DNA of 64,000 nt, from the NCBI GenBank assembly GCA_037445205.1, contig JBBIKX010000001.1, positions 8,767-72,766 of the forward strand. The letters are read 5' to 3'. A program made the position numbers and the translations under genes. The notes below the pieces were generated by a model. It did not search any database. It was given only the letters and a program-made list of their open reading frames with translations, and was not told the DNA's origin. Positions 55,033 to 62,935 of the stretch are shown here, in pieces (positions within the stretch are counted from its first letter, which is position 1; every line of letters begins with the position of its first letter). Source of the DNA: Candidatus Wildermuthbacteria bacterium. Its GTDB lineage: Bacteria > Patescibacteriota > Minisyncoccia > Minisyncoccales > PEYH01.

Positions 55033-55135
55033 ACTTAAAATCCAGAATAAGGAGGTGGTCGCCGGGATACAGTCCAAAGAGGGCGAGGGGCGTTTTCGGA
55101 AGCAAAACCGGATCTTTCTTGCGAAAGGAGCATCG

Positions 55136-55333
55136 ATGCCAGCAGTAAATCTTGTTAACGTGGCGAGGTCATTGCCGGACGAAGAGGCGGAGAGGCTTTT
55201 GCTCATCGAGCAAAGCAATCCTGATTGCCTCAGGGCGCTTTTTGCGGTCGTTCTGAGCGCCGGAACGCTGGAAAAAGCTGTTCCTCTGATCCAACGAGTT
55301 CTTGCTGGCGCACCCTTGTTTCCGGGCGGATGA
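55136..55333 (+). CDS. 65-aa helical protein, unknown family (a 92-aa form from the GTG at 55055 is possible)
   Basis: AAAGGAG(55124-55130) lies 5 nt before the ATG at 55136. The same frame is open from 55055, but that GTG sits inside an SD (AAGGAGGTG 55049-55057). Confidence 0.5.
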   Translation: MPAVNLVNVARSLPDEEAERLLLIEQSNPDCLRALFAVVLSAGTLEKAVPLIQRVLAGAPLFPGG

Positions 55334-56341
55334 AACTGGATGGGGCTCCCTTCGGGAGCCCCCTTGTTTTGTTAAAAAAGTATTTATTATTTTTCTGGCT
55401 TTTTTTTTATCCCCAACCCAATTTACTCTTTTGTCTTTTTTAAACCAGGTTATTTGTCTTTTGGCGTAACTTTCAATTGCTTTTTGGAGCATTCCGACCA
55501 TTTCATCATAGCCAATTTTTTTTTGAAGATAGCAAGCAATATATCTGTATTCCAATCCAAATTCTTCAAGCCGTTTCCAGGAAACGCCGTCTTTTCTTAG
55601 CGCTCTGACCTCTTTTATCATCCCCTGATTTAATCTTTTGTATAGCCGTTTTCTGATTAAATTTTTTAGCTCTTTTTTTTCTTTCTTGATGCCGATAATG
55701 AGCAAATCAAACAATTGGCTTTTTTTTATGACGGGTACCGGTTTTTTTGATTTCAAAACTATTTCAATTGCCCGGATTAATCTGCGGGGATTTTTTTTAT
55801 CAATAATTTTTGCCCGCCGCGGGTCCAGTTTTTTTAACATTTGATAAAGCTGGTTTGGCAATTTTTTTTCCAGTTTTTTCCTTAATTTCCAGTCCGGCGG
55901 AATTTTTGGGATGACGATTCCGTCAACGACTGATTGAATATAGAATCCGGTGCCGCCGCAAAGAATGGGCAGCTTATTTCTCTTATGGATTTCCCTTATT
56001 TTTTTTAATGCCATTTTTTGATACTGGGCGACCGTAAATTTCCTTTTTGGAGAAGCAACATCCAAAAGATGATGTTGGATGCCTCTATAAAGATATGACT
56101 GTTTTGAAATTTGAGATTTAGGACTTGGAGTTTGTTTAGAAATTAGAAATTTGGAATTAGAAATTTTATCTCGTGGAACCTTCCCGGTTCCGATATCCAT
56201 TTTGCGATAAACCTGACGGGAATCGGCCGAAATCACCTCTCCGTTAAAATTTTTTGCCAGTGCTACCGCCAAATCGCTTTTTCCCGAAGCAGTGGGTCCA
56301 AGAATAACTAACAATATTTTTCGGTCCGTTTTTTTTGACAT
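55169..56341 (-). CDS. miaA: tRNA dimethylallyltransferase MiaA. The conserved core is 55364-56341; the ORF then runs 64 further codons antisense into cassette C.
   Basis: P-loop LGPTASGKS, plus DSRQVY, GGTGFY and AKRQITWF. The homologous end (KIINTFLTKQ) coincides with the composition boundary at about 55364. Confidence 0.88.
   Translation of the reverse strand: MSKKTDRKILLVILGPTASGKSDLAVALAKNFNGEVISADSRQVYRKMDIGTGKVPRDKISNSKFLISKQTPSPKSQISKQSYLYRGIQHHLLDVASPKRKFTVAQYQKMALKKIREIHKRNKLPILCGGTGFYIQSVVDGIVIPKIPPDWKLRKKLEKKLPNQLYQMLKKLDPRRAKIIDKKNPRRLIRAIEIVLKSKKPVPVIKKSQLFDLLIIGIKKEKKELKNLIRKRLYKRLNQGMIKEVRALRKDGVSWKRLEEFGLEYRYIACYLQKKIGYDEMVGMLQKAIESYAKRQITWFKKDKRVNWVGDKKKARKIINTFLTKQGGSRREPHPVSSARKQGCASKNSLDQRNSFFQRSGAQNDRKKRPEAIRIALLDEQKPLRLFVRQ
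55342..55372 (+). terminator. Terminator of cassette C
   Basis: GGGGCTCCC(55342-55350) pairs with GGGAGCCCC(55354-55362), followed by CTTGTTTTGTT. Confidence 0.7.
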
Positions 56342-56363
56342 AATCCCAAGAATATTATATCAT
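56335..56363 (+). promoter_or_regulatory. Candidate promoter of cassette D
   Basis: TTGACA(56335-56340, overlapping the miaA start codon on the other strand), 17-nt spacer, TATCAT(56358-56363). The predicted +1 falls at TCCC (56370). Confidence 0.4.
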
Positions 56364-56389
56364 TATAAATCCCAAAAAGGAGGTGGTTA

Positions 56390-56683
56390 ATGTCGTATTA
56401 TTTAGCAATAATGTTTATGTTGCTAAGCGCAGGCTTTGCAAGTGCGGGGTTTAGGGTGATCCGTTATGCCCTTCGAGGAAAGCTGACAGGCACTATGCTT
56501 GATAGAGGCATGATACTCGGTACTGTCATCGTGCTTGTTGGAGTGGGGCTCGCCACGATTCCCATCATCTTCCAGAGCGGGATAAGATGGTGGTGTCTTG
56601 CGCTGGCGCTTGTGGAGGCAGTGGTCTGTATTGGGCTCTGGATGCTGCATGTCTTCTCGTCTGCGTCAATGGATTCACCCTAA
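56390..56683 (+). CDS. 97-aa integral membrane protein, about 3 TM helices, unknown family
   Basis: GGAGGTG(56379-56385) lies 4 nt before the ATG. Hydrophobic segments: YYLAIMFMLLSAGFASAGF, ILGTVIVLVGVGLATIPIIF, WWCLALALVEAVVCIGLWML. Confidence 0.7.
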   Translation: MSYYLAIMFMLLSAGFASAGFRVIRYALRGKLTGTMLDRGMILGTVIVLVGVGLATIPIIFQSGIRWWCLALALVEAVVCIGLWMLHVFSSASMDSP

Positions 56684-56695
56684 GGCGTGGATTGC

Positions 56696-56728
56696 GAGGG
56701 CTCTCTTGTGCGGGGGCCCTCCTTTTTT
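56696..56728 (+). terminator. Terminator of cassette D, abutting the miaB stop codon
   Basis: GAGGGCTCTC(56696-56705) pairs with GGGGGCCCTC(56712-56721) using G-U pairs, followed by CTTTTTT. Confidence 0.6.
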
Positions 56729-58061
56729 ATTCCATCAATTTTCCTCTCAGTCCGTATGGACCAATGTTTATTATTTTGGCTTTAACAAAATTTCCTAAAA
56801 TATTTTTATCTGATTTCAATCTAATGGTTTGATAATGCCTTGTTTTTCCGACATAAAAATCATTTTTTTTGGTGAGTATCAAAACTTCCGCGGTTTTTTT
56901 AAAAAACTTCTTGTTAAAATTTAAAATGGTTTTTTTTAATACTTTGAATAATTCTTTTTCTCTTGTTTTTTTCTTAAAGTTGGGGACATCGTCGTTTAAA
57001 TGAAGGGCGGCTGTTTGAGGCCTTTTAGAATAAGCCGCAATATATCCAAACGCAAATCCGATTTTTTCAAAATTATTTTTTGTATTTTCAAATTGTTTTT
57101 TGGTCTCGCCGGGAAATCCTACAATTACATCAGAAGATACAGCCACTTCTTTTTCGATGCCGCATCTGTATTTTTTAAAATTATTTCTTATTTTTTTAAT
57201 AAGCGCTTTATATTGAGATACAGTGTAGGGCCTATTCATTTTTTTAAGGATTTCATTGTCTCCTGATTGAATTGGAAGATTAATATAGGGCGTTACTTTA
57301 TGGCATTTTGCCATTGTTTTAATTAGTTCGTCGCTTAAATCTTTTGGATGAGAAGAGGTAAATCTTATCCAAAAATTCCCCTCAATATCATTTATCATTT
57401 TAAGAAGCGTTGGAAAATTTATTTCTTTTTCTTTTTTCACTTTAAGGTTTGTGTTTTGGATTTTACCATTATAGGAATTGACATTCTGTCCCAACAGCCA
57501 TACTTCTTTTGCTCCGCTTAAAACGGCCTTTTTTATTTCACAAATAATATCTTGGGCCGGCCTTGAGATTTCTTTTCCTCTTACATAAGGTACGACGCAA
57601 TAACTGCAGAAATTATTGCACCCGGTCATTATCGGAATATAGGCAACAACAGGGGATTGATATTTAGGCATTAATTCAAAATAGTGTTTTTTTTTGAATT
57701 CAACCGACCTAATTTTAAAACCAAGCTTTTTTAATATCTCGGGCAATTTGGGAAGCTCATTTATGTCAAAGATTTCATCGCAGAATTTATTAAGTTCTTT
57801 TTTGTCTTTTTCTAAGATACATCCCGTTAAAATAATTTTATATTTTATATTTTTATTTTCATATTTGAGCCTTATCTTTTTAATTCGAGCGCTTGCTCGA
57901 TCTATCGCCGACTGTCTGACTGAACAGATATTAAACACTATCAAATCCACCCCATCGCATTTATTGGCATGATTAAATCCTGATTTTTCCAAAACGCCTG
58001 CGATTCTTTCGGAGTCAGATTTATTCATTTGGCACCCAAAAGTGATAATATGATATTTCAT
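56727..58061 (-). CDS. miaB: MiaB/RimO-family radical-SAM methylthiotransferase
   Basis: Contains ITFGCQMNKSDSE, GCNNFCSYCVVP and a C-terminal TRAM-like domain. Confidence 0.88.
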   Translation of the reverse strand: MKYHIITFGCQMNKSDSERIAGVLEKSGFNHANKCDGVDLIVFNICSVRQSAIDRASARIKKIRLKYENKNIKYKIILTGCILEKDKKELNKFCDEIFDINELPKLPEILKKLGFKIRSVEFKKKHYFELMPKYQSPVVAYIPIMTGCNNFCSYCVVPYVRGKEISRPAQDIICEIKKAVLSGAKEVWLLGQNVNSYNGKIQNTNLKVKKEKEINFPTLLKMINDIEGNFWIRFTSSHPKDLSDELIKTMAKCHKVTPYINLPIQSGDNEILKKMNRPYTVSQYKALIKKIRNNFKKYRCGIEKEVAVSSDVIVGFPGETKKQFENTKNNFEKIGFAFGYIAAYSKRPQTAALHLNDDVPNFKKKTREKELFKVLKKTILNFNKKFFKKTAEVLILTKKNDFYVGKTRHYQTIRLKSDKNILGNFVKAKIINIGPYGLRGKLME

Positions 58062-58092
58062 ATCTTTTCTTTAAGATAAACGCTAAAGAATA

Positions 58093-58536
58093 TTATTCTC
58101 CGATTATTTGAATCTGGATATTTCTTTTTTTAGGATAAGCGAGTTCTATGAAAAGAATGCTCTGCCATAAGCCGAGCTGCAGCTTTCCTTCAATTATATT
58201 TAGGCAGACGCTTGTTGGTATATGCAATGCTCTGCAATGAGAGTGGGCGTTCGGTTTCTCATCCGGACACATATTTACGGTTCTTATTTCAAAATTATTG
58301 TGATTATACGCTTTATTTTTCGGAGAACAATGCTCTAAGTGTTCTTTAATGTCCTGTAAAAGCAACGGTTCGTTTTCATTTACAAAAACAGAGGCGGTTG
58401 TGTGAAGAGACTGAATATTAATAATTCCGTTTTTTACCGCAGTTTTTTTGGTTATTTCTTTAATCCTTTCCGTGATATCGATAATTTGAAGTTCTTCGAC
58501 GGTATCAATAGAGATAATCGAATTTTTGATAATCAT
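58093..58536 (-). CDS. YjbQ/UPF0047 family protein (secondary thiamine-phosphate synthase-like)
   Basis: Contains QSLHTTASVFVNENE, NAHSHCRA and GLWQSILFIE. Confidence 0.75.
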   Translation of the reverse strand: MIIKNSIISIDTVEELQIIDITERIKEITKKTAVKNGIINIQSLHTTASVFVNENEPLLLQDIKEHLEHCSPKNKAYNHNNFEIRTVNMCPDEKPNAHSHCRALHIPTSVCLNIIEGKLQLGLWQSILFIELAYPKKRNIQIQIIGE

Positions 58537-60287
58537 TTTTTTTCTTTGATTTCTTTTTTTATTTTTTCAATGAAATCACGCAATGAAATAACACCTAAAT
58601 TTCCTTTTTCTCTGCTTCTCATGCTTATTTTTTGTTCTTTTTCTTCTTTATCCCCGGCAACAACAACGTAAGGAATTTTTTGAATTTCAGCTTCCCTTAT
58701 TTTTTTAGAAAGCGTTTCATTATCGTCTTTAATTTCCACTCTGATACTTTCTTTTTCTAATGCGTTTTTTATTCCTTGGGAATAAATCAAATGCCTTTGA
58801 GCAATCGGCATTATTGAAACCTGGACCGGAGAAAGCCAAAGGGGCAAAGCGCCTTTATAATGCTCTAATAAAAACGCAATGGTTCTTTCAATCGCGCCGA
58901 TTGAAGAACGATGAATCACAATCGGTTCTTTTTTTGAGCCGTCTTGGTCGATATAAGAAAGATTGAATCTTTTTGAGGCTAAAAAATCGTATTGCACGGT
59001 AAAAGCGGTTTCTTCTTTGCCGGCGAAATTTTTTATTTGAATATCTATTTTGGGCCCATAGAAAGCGGCTTCACCCTTTGCCTCAAAAAAAGGAGATTTT
59101 CTTTCGATTAAAACATCTCGCAAAATATTTTCCGCGAGAAGCCAGGATTTTTTATCCTGATAATATTTTTTAGCATTTTTTAGGTCGCCCAAAGACAATC
59201 TGTATCTGTAATTTTTATTTTTTTCCAAGCCCAGGGCGAAAGATACGCATTCTATCAAATCCAGAACTTTTTTAATTTCTTCTTTTGCCATTTCTTTTTG
59301 GCAGATGATATGGGAATCCGCCAAACAAAAAGATCGCACCCTCATCAGACCGGTTAATTCCCCGGATTTTTCGTATCTATACTGCTTTGCCAATTCGGCC
59401 AAGCGGAAAGGAAGATCTCTGTAAGATCTTGGAGCGTCAAGGTAAAGTTGATAATGATGCGGGCAGGTCATTGGTCTTAGAATCAGCTTTTCTTCGTCAA
59501 CCTGCATCACTGGATACATCGCATCTTTATAATAAGGGTAATGTCCGGAAACTTCATATAGAGCAACGCGAGCCAGATCGGGTGTGTAAATATGCATATA
59601 GCCCCTTTTAATTTCTTCTTCAACTATAAACCTTTCCAGTTCTCTTCTGATTATTGATCCCTTGGGCGTGAAAAGGGGTAATCCTTTGCCTACCAATTCG
59701 GAGAATGTGAACAAATTAAGCTTTTTTCCAATTATCCTATGGTCTCTTTTTTCCGCTTCTTTAATCAGTTCAAAGTGATTATCCAGTTCTTTTTTATTTT
59801 TAAAAGCAACCCCATAAATTCTTGTCATCATTTTATTCTTTTCGCTGCCCCTCCAATAAGCGCCCGCAATCTTAGTTAATTTAAAACAATCTTCTGGAAT
59901 TTCTTTTGTTGATTTTATATGCGGACCTCCGCACAAATCAATAAAATTTCCTGATTCATATATCGTAACCATTTTTTCTTTAAGCTCTTTGATCAGTTCA
60001 ATTTTATACGGTTGATTTTTAAAGATCTTTTTTGCTTCAATTTTAGAAACAAATCTTTTTTTAAATTTGATATTTTGTCGAATTAATTCTTTCATTTTTG
60101 TCTCAATTCTTGATAAATCATCAACGCTAAATCCGCTCCCATCTGAAGTCGTAGCGGGCAAGTCAAAATCATAATAAAATCCATTTTCAATAACCGGACC
60201 TATGCCAAACTTTGCTTTAGGATAAAGTTCTTTAACCGCATGCGCCATTATATGCGCCAGCGAATGTCTGATGGTGTCTAATTTCAT
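58533..60287 (-). CDS. thrS: Threonine--tRNA ligase (lacks the N-terminal TGS domain)
   Basis: Contains RHSLAHIMAHAV, class II motifs and HRSSIGAIER. Confidence 0.94.
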   Translation of the reverse strand: MKLDTIRHSLAHIMAHAVKELYPKAKFGIGPVIENGFYYDFDLPATTSDGSGFSVDDLSRIETKMKELIRQNIKFKKRFVSKIEAKKIFKNQPYKIELIKELKEKMVTIYESGNFIDLCGGPHIKSTKEIPEDCFKLTKIAGAYWRGSEKNKMMTRIYGVAFKNKKELDNHFELIKEAEKRDHRIIGKKLNLFTFSELVGKGLPLFTPKGSIIRRELERFIVEEEIKRGYMHIYTPDLARVALYEVSGHYPYYKDAMYPVMQVDEEKLILRPMTCPHHYQLYLDAPRSYRDLPFRLAELAKQYRYEKSGELTGLMRVRSFCLADSHIICQKEMAKEEIKKVLDLIECVSFALGLEKNKNYRYRLSLGDLKNAKKYYQDKKSWLLAENILRDVLIERKSPFFEAKGEAAFYGPKIDIQIKNFAGKEETAFTVQYDFLASKRFNLSYIDQDGSKKEPIVIHRSSIGAIERTIAFLLEHYKGALPLWLSPVQVSIMPIAQRHLIYSQGIKNALEKESIRVEIKDDNETLSKKIREAEIQKIPYVVVAGDKEEKEQKISMRSREKGNLGVISLRDFIEKIKKEIKEKK

Positions 60288-60329
60288 AACGATTAATTAT
60301 ATTATTAATTTTTCAGGATTTTTTCAAAT

Positions 60330-61916
60330 TTAGGAAAGAGGGATATTGATGTAAAACAAAGAACCCTTCTCTGTTTTTTTGGGGGTTGCCCAGACAATTC
60401 CCCTATGAAGTTCGGTAAACTTTCTTGCGATATAAAGACCCAGCCCCGCCCCTCCTGTCCAGCTTTCTTCGCCCGCTTTTCCCCGCATAAAGCTTTGGAA
60501 GAGATTTGCAGCTTCTTCTTCGCTCATTCCAAGCCCCGTGTCAGAAATTTTTATAAGCGCCCTGTTTTCTTTAACAGTGCTGATAATTTCTATCCCGCCC
60601 TTCTCTGTGTATTTGATTGCGTTATCAATAATATTTATAAAAACCTGCCTTATTTTTTCTTTGTCTAACGACATTAAAGGAAGAGGAATATTCTTTTTAT
60701 ATCTTAAATACAGATCTTTCTGATGGGCGGCAATTTTTAATTGTTCCACCACTTCTCCAATTAAATCCTCAAGCGAGGTTTTTTCAATGTTCATTTCCAT
60801 TTTTCCCGCTTCAATCCGGGAGATGTCTAAAAGATCCTGCACAAGCTTATTAAGCTGGGAAACCACCTGAAAAGAATTTTTTATTGGTTTTTTGATTCCC
60901 CGCGAAACTTCTCCGTAGTTTTCTTCAAGAACCATTGAAAGGTAGCCGCGAACGATGGTTAAAGGGGTTCTCAATTGGTGCGAGGCAATAGAAATAAATT
61001 CTGTTTTCGCCTTGTCCAGCTCCGATAATTTTTCATAAGCAATTTTCAGTTTTTTCGCCATTTCCTCCATTTCTTTCCTCTGCTTTATTTCCCTGAGAAC
61101 GCTTCTTATAAGCAAAACTCCAAAAATCAAAAAAACAAAAAACACAAATCCCTTCCACATATACTGCCAGAGGTGAACCGCGTCAAAAATGTTAAAAAAC
61201 AAAACGATGCTTATAATGCCTACAATCAGGGCGGCAATTACAACCTTTATGTCAAAAAGTCGGTGCTTGACGATGGCATAGGAGAGTATTAGCGGGTAAA
61301 ACGCAACAAAAAAATTTCCATAGGGCGGAAAAGAAATTCCATACCACAATGGAAAATTTGTTGCGCCCCCTCCAAACCCAATTATTATTGCCAGAAAAAT
61401 ATATTTTATCTGGTTGCGGATATCGTTAGATGATTTTTTATAGACTTTTAAAAGTTCGTAGCAGGTGTAAGCAATTATCGCGCCGTATGCCCCAAAAAGA
61501 TAAATGGTGTAGACAGGTCCGGCTATCGGCCACCAGGGAAAATTAAGCTGGGGTTTTACATTTTTTACAAAAAGAGGGCTGAAGCTGAATAGAAATAAAA
61601 TTGCTGTAAGCAGGTATCCAGAAATAATGACCGCCCTTCTTTTTTTATGTAAATCATAAATTGTAAAAATCCAATGAAGGAATGTTATCGGTATGAAAGT
61701 TGATCCAATACTTAAGCATTTCGCCCAAAATAACGCAGTTTCTTTATTAAGACTTAGCTGCCAGAAACCGTAACTGACTCCCCAAAAAACAAGCGCGACA
61801 TTCATTAGCAAAAAAGTTTTATGGGAAAGCTTTTTTGGATTTTTATAGAATACAAAAAAACCGAAAATTATAGCCGATAGTCCGTTGATAAAACCAGATA
61901 AAGCGAATATATTCAT
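60330..61916 (-). CDS. Sensor histidine kinase with a multi-TM N-terminal domain (no adjacent response regulator)
   Basis: HisKA motif SIASHQLRTPLT and HATPase motifs (DNAIKYT, DTGLGM, GGAGLGL). The start is taken as the ATG at 61916 rather than the TTG at 61928. Confidence 0.88.
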   Translation of the reverse strand: MNIFALSGFINGLSAIIFGFFVFYKNPKKLSHKTFLLMNVALVFWGVSYGFWQLSLNKETALFWAKCLSIGSTFIPITFLHWIFTIYDLHKKRRAVIISGYLLTAILFLFSFSPLFVKNVKPQLNFPWWPIAGPVYTIYLFGAYGAIIAYTCYELLKVYKKSSNDIRNQIKYIFLAIIIGFGGGATNFPLWYGISFPPYGNFFVAFYPLILSYAIVKHRLFDIKVVIAALIVGIISIVLFFNIFDAVHLWQYMWKGFVFFVFLIFGVLLIRSVLREIKQRKEMEEMAKKLKIAYEKLSELDKAKTEFISIASHQLRTPLTIVRGYLSMVLEENYGEVSRGIKKPIKNSFQVVSQLNKLVQDLLDISRIEAGKMEMNIEKTSLEDLIGEVVEQLKIAAHQKDLYLRYKKNIPLPLMSLDKEKIRQVFINIIDNAIKYTEKGGIEIISTVKENRALIKISDTGLGMSEEEAANLFQSFMRGKAGEESWTGGAGLGLYIARKFTELHRGIVWATPKKTEKGSLFYINIPLS

Positions 61917-61930
61917 ATACAAAAACAAAT

Positions 61931-61971
61931 CCCCCGGAGGTGCGTTAGTTCATTTTAACACCTTTTGGGGG
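61931..61971 (-). terminator. Imperfect hairpin plus T-run after the methyltransferase, ending about 12 nt before the kinase ATG
   Basis: The minus strand reads CCCCCAAAAGGTG...CACCTCCGGGGG followed by ATTTGTTTTTGT. The stem has an internal loop. Confidence 0.4.
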
Positions 61972-61983
61972 ATAGAGACAACG

Positions 61984-62859
61984 TTATGCTGGTTTATAGA
62001 CACGGTTTACCAGCACTTGGCGGGCAAACGTCACCCTCCATGTCGGGCCTACGAATCCGACTTCCCGGAGCAGTTGTTCCCATTGCGGAATTGCGAGGAA
62101 GGTGTATGTTCCTTCTTTTCCCTTTCTTTGTATTTCAAGGGCGTGACGAAGTATGCTTGTGCCCTGAAGAATTCGGCTAAAATCCCGATTTCTTATGTAG
62201 GGCAGAGGATTGAGCATGTCAGGAAGAGAAGCGACAAACACCCATTGGAAGTGAACGTTTTGTCTGGGAGTAGACCAGACGATATGTCCTCCGGGCTTGA
62301 GCACCCTATGCATCTCTCTGAAAACTTCCCTCATGGCCCTTATGCCTTTTTCGCTTCGAAAGTCAGTTGCATAGGGGATAACTAAATTTGCGATAATTCC
62401 ATCAAAGTGGTTATCGTCGAAGGGAAGTTCTTCGCCAAGATGAGCGAAAACAAGATGCATGGGCAACGTGGGGTGAAGAGATTGCGTTTTCCGCGCCGGA
62501 TCAAGAACTATATCCAGACCAACTACCAATTTGATAGTTCTGCCGGATTTGTTCCATGCCAAGAGAGCCATCTTGGCGGGTCCGCAGCCTACATCCAGCC
62601 AAACTTCGTTAGCTTTGGGCTGGATTAATCCGGCGACTGTCGTTGTAAGGTTGTGGTAGGGTCTTGCCTTTTCCAGGTTTTTGTAAATCCTTGCGTAATC
62701 CCTCCAAAACGCCAACTCTTGTCCCCAAGAGCGGATCCTTCCTCTTGTGAAGGGCGAAAGCCCGTTCTCATTTGCTTCCAGCCACTCTTCTATGCTCTCC
62801 GTGCTTAATCCTTCTCCAAAGCACGGCCCAAGGATCTCTGATATGCTTTTGGTTTTCAT
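61984..62859 (-). CDS. Class I SAM-dependent methyltransferase
   Basis: Motif I LDVGCGPAK, and post-I/II elements (VGLDI, VLKPGGHIVW). AAGGAGGT lies 5 nt upstream of the ATG. Confidence 0.8.
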   Translation of the reverse strand: MKTKSISEILGPCFGEGLSTESIEEWLEANENGLSPFTRGRIRSWGQELAFWRDYARIYKNLEKARPYHNLTTTVAGLIQPKANEVWLDVGCGPAKMALLAWNKSGRTIKLVVGLDIVLDPARKTQSLHPTLPMHLVFAHLGEELPFDDNHFDGIIANLVIPYATDFRSEKGIRAMREVFREMHRVLKPGGHIVWSTPRQNVHFQWVFVASLPDMLNPLPYIRNRDFSRILQGTSILRHALEIQRKGKEGTYTFLAIPQWEQLLREVGFVGPTWRVTFARQVLVNRVYKPA

Positions 62860-62906
62860 TCCTTACCTCCTTGCTTGCCCGATAAATCAAAGGGCTGTGT
62901 TTATTT

Positions 62907-62935
62907 TTTATAGCCGTATAGCAGGAATTTGTCAA
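62907..62935 (-). promoter_or_regulatory. Near-consensus promoter of cassette E
   Basis: Minus strand: TTGACA(62935-62930), 17-nt spacer, TATAAA(62912-62907), starting 5 nt after the dnaE stop. Confidence 0.55.

Larger units (their letters stand above)
55004..55372 (+). other. GC-rich foreign cassette C
   Basis: Composition shifts here. Contains SD motifs and a GC hairpin terminator, and lies in the convergent gap between gatB and miaA. Confidence 0.6.
56342..56728 (+). other. GC-rich foreign cassette D (opposite strand, between miaB and miaA)
   Basis: Composition shifts here, with a canonical SD, a GC hairpin terminator and an ORF pile-up. Confidence 0.65.

Noticed and set aside
16402-56340. 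TTGAC at the left edge of cassettes A and D read as a conserved insertion target or as part of the element
   Set aside because: In A it overlaps the map stop codon, and in D the miaA start codon (ATGTCAAAAAA on the other strand). Its distance to the shared leader motif differs by 3 nt. It is therefore more likely fortuitous or recruited host sequence, and it is kept only as a candidate -35.
55225-56832. ORFs 55225-55443(+), 56423-56650(-), 56587-56832(+) and 56598-56798(+)
   Set aside because: They are antisense or alternative-frame shadows of miaA and cassettes C and D, with no SD and no motifs.
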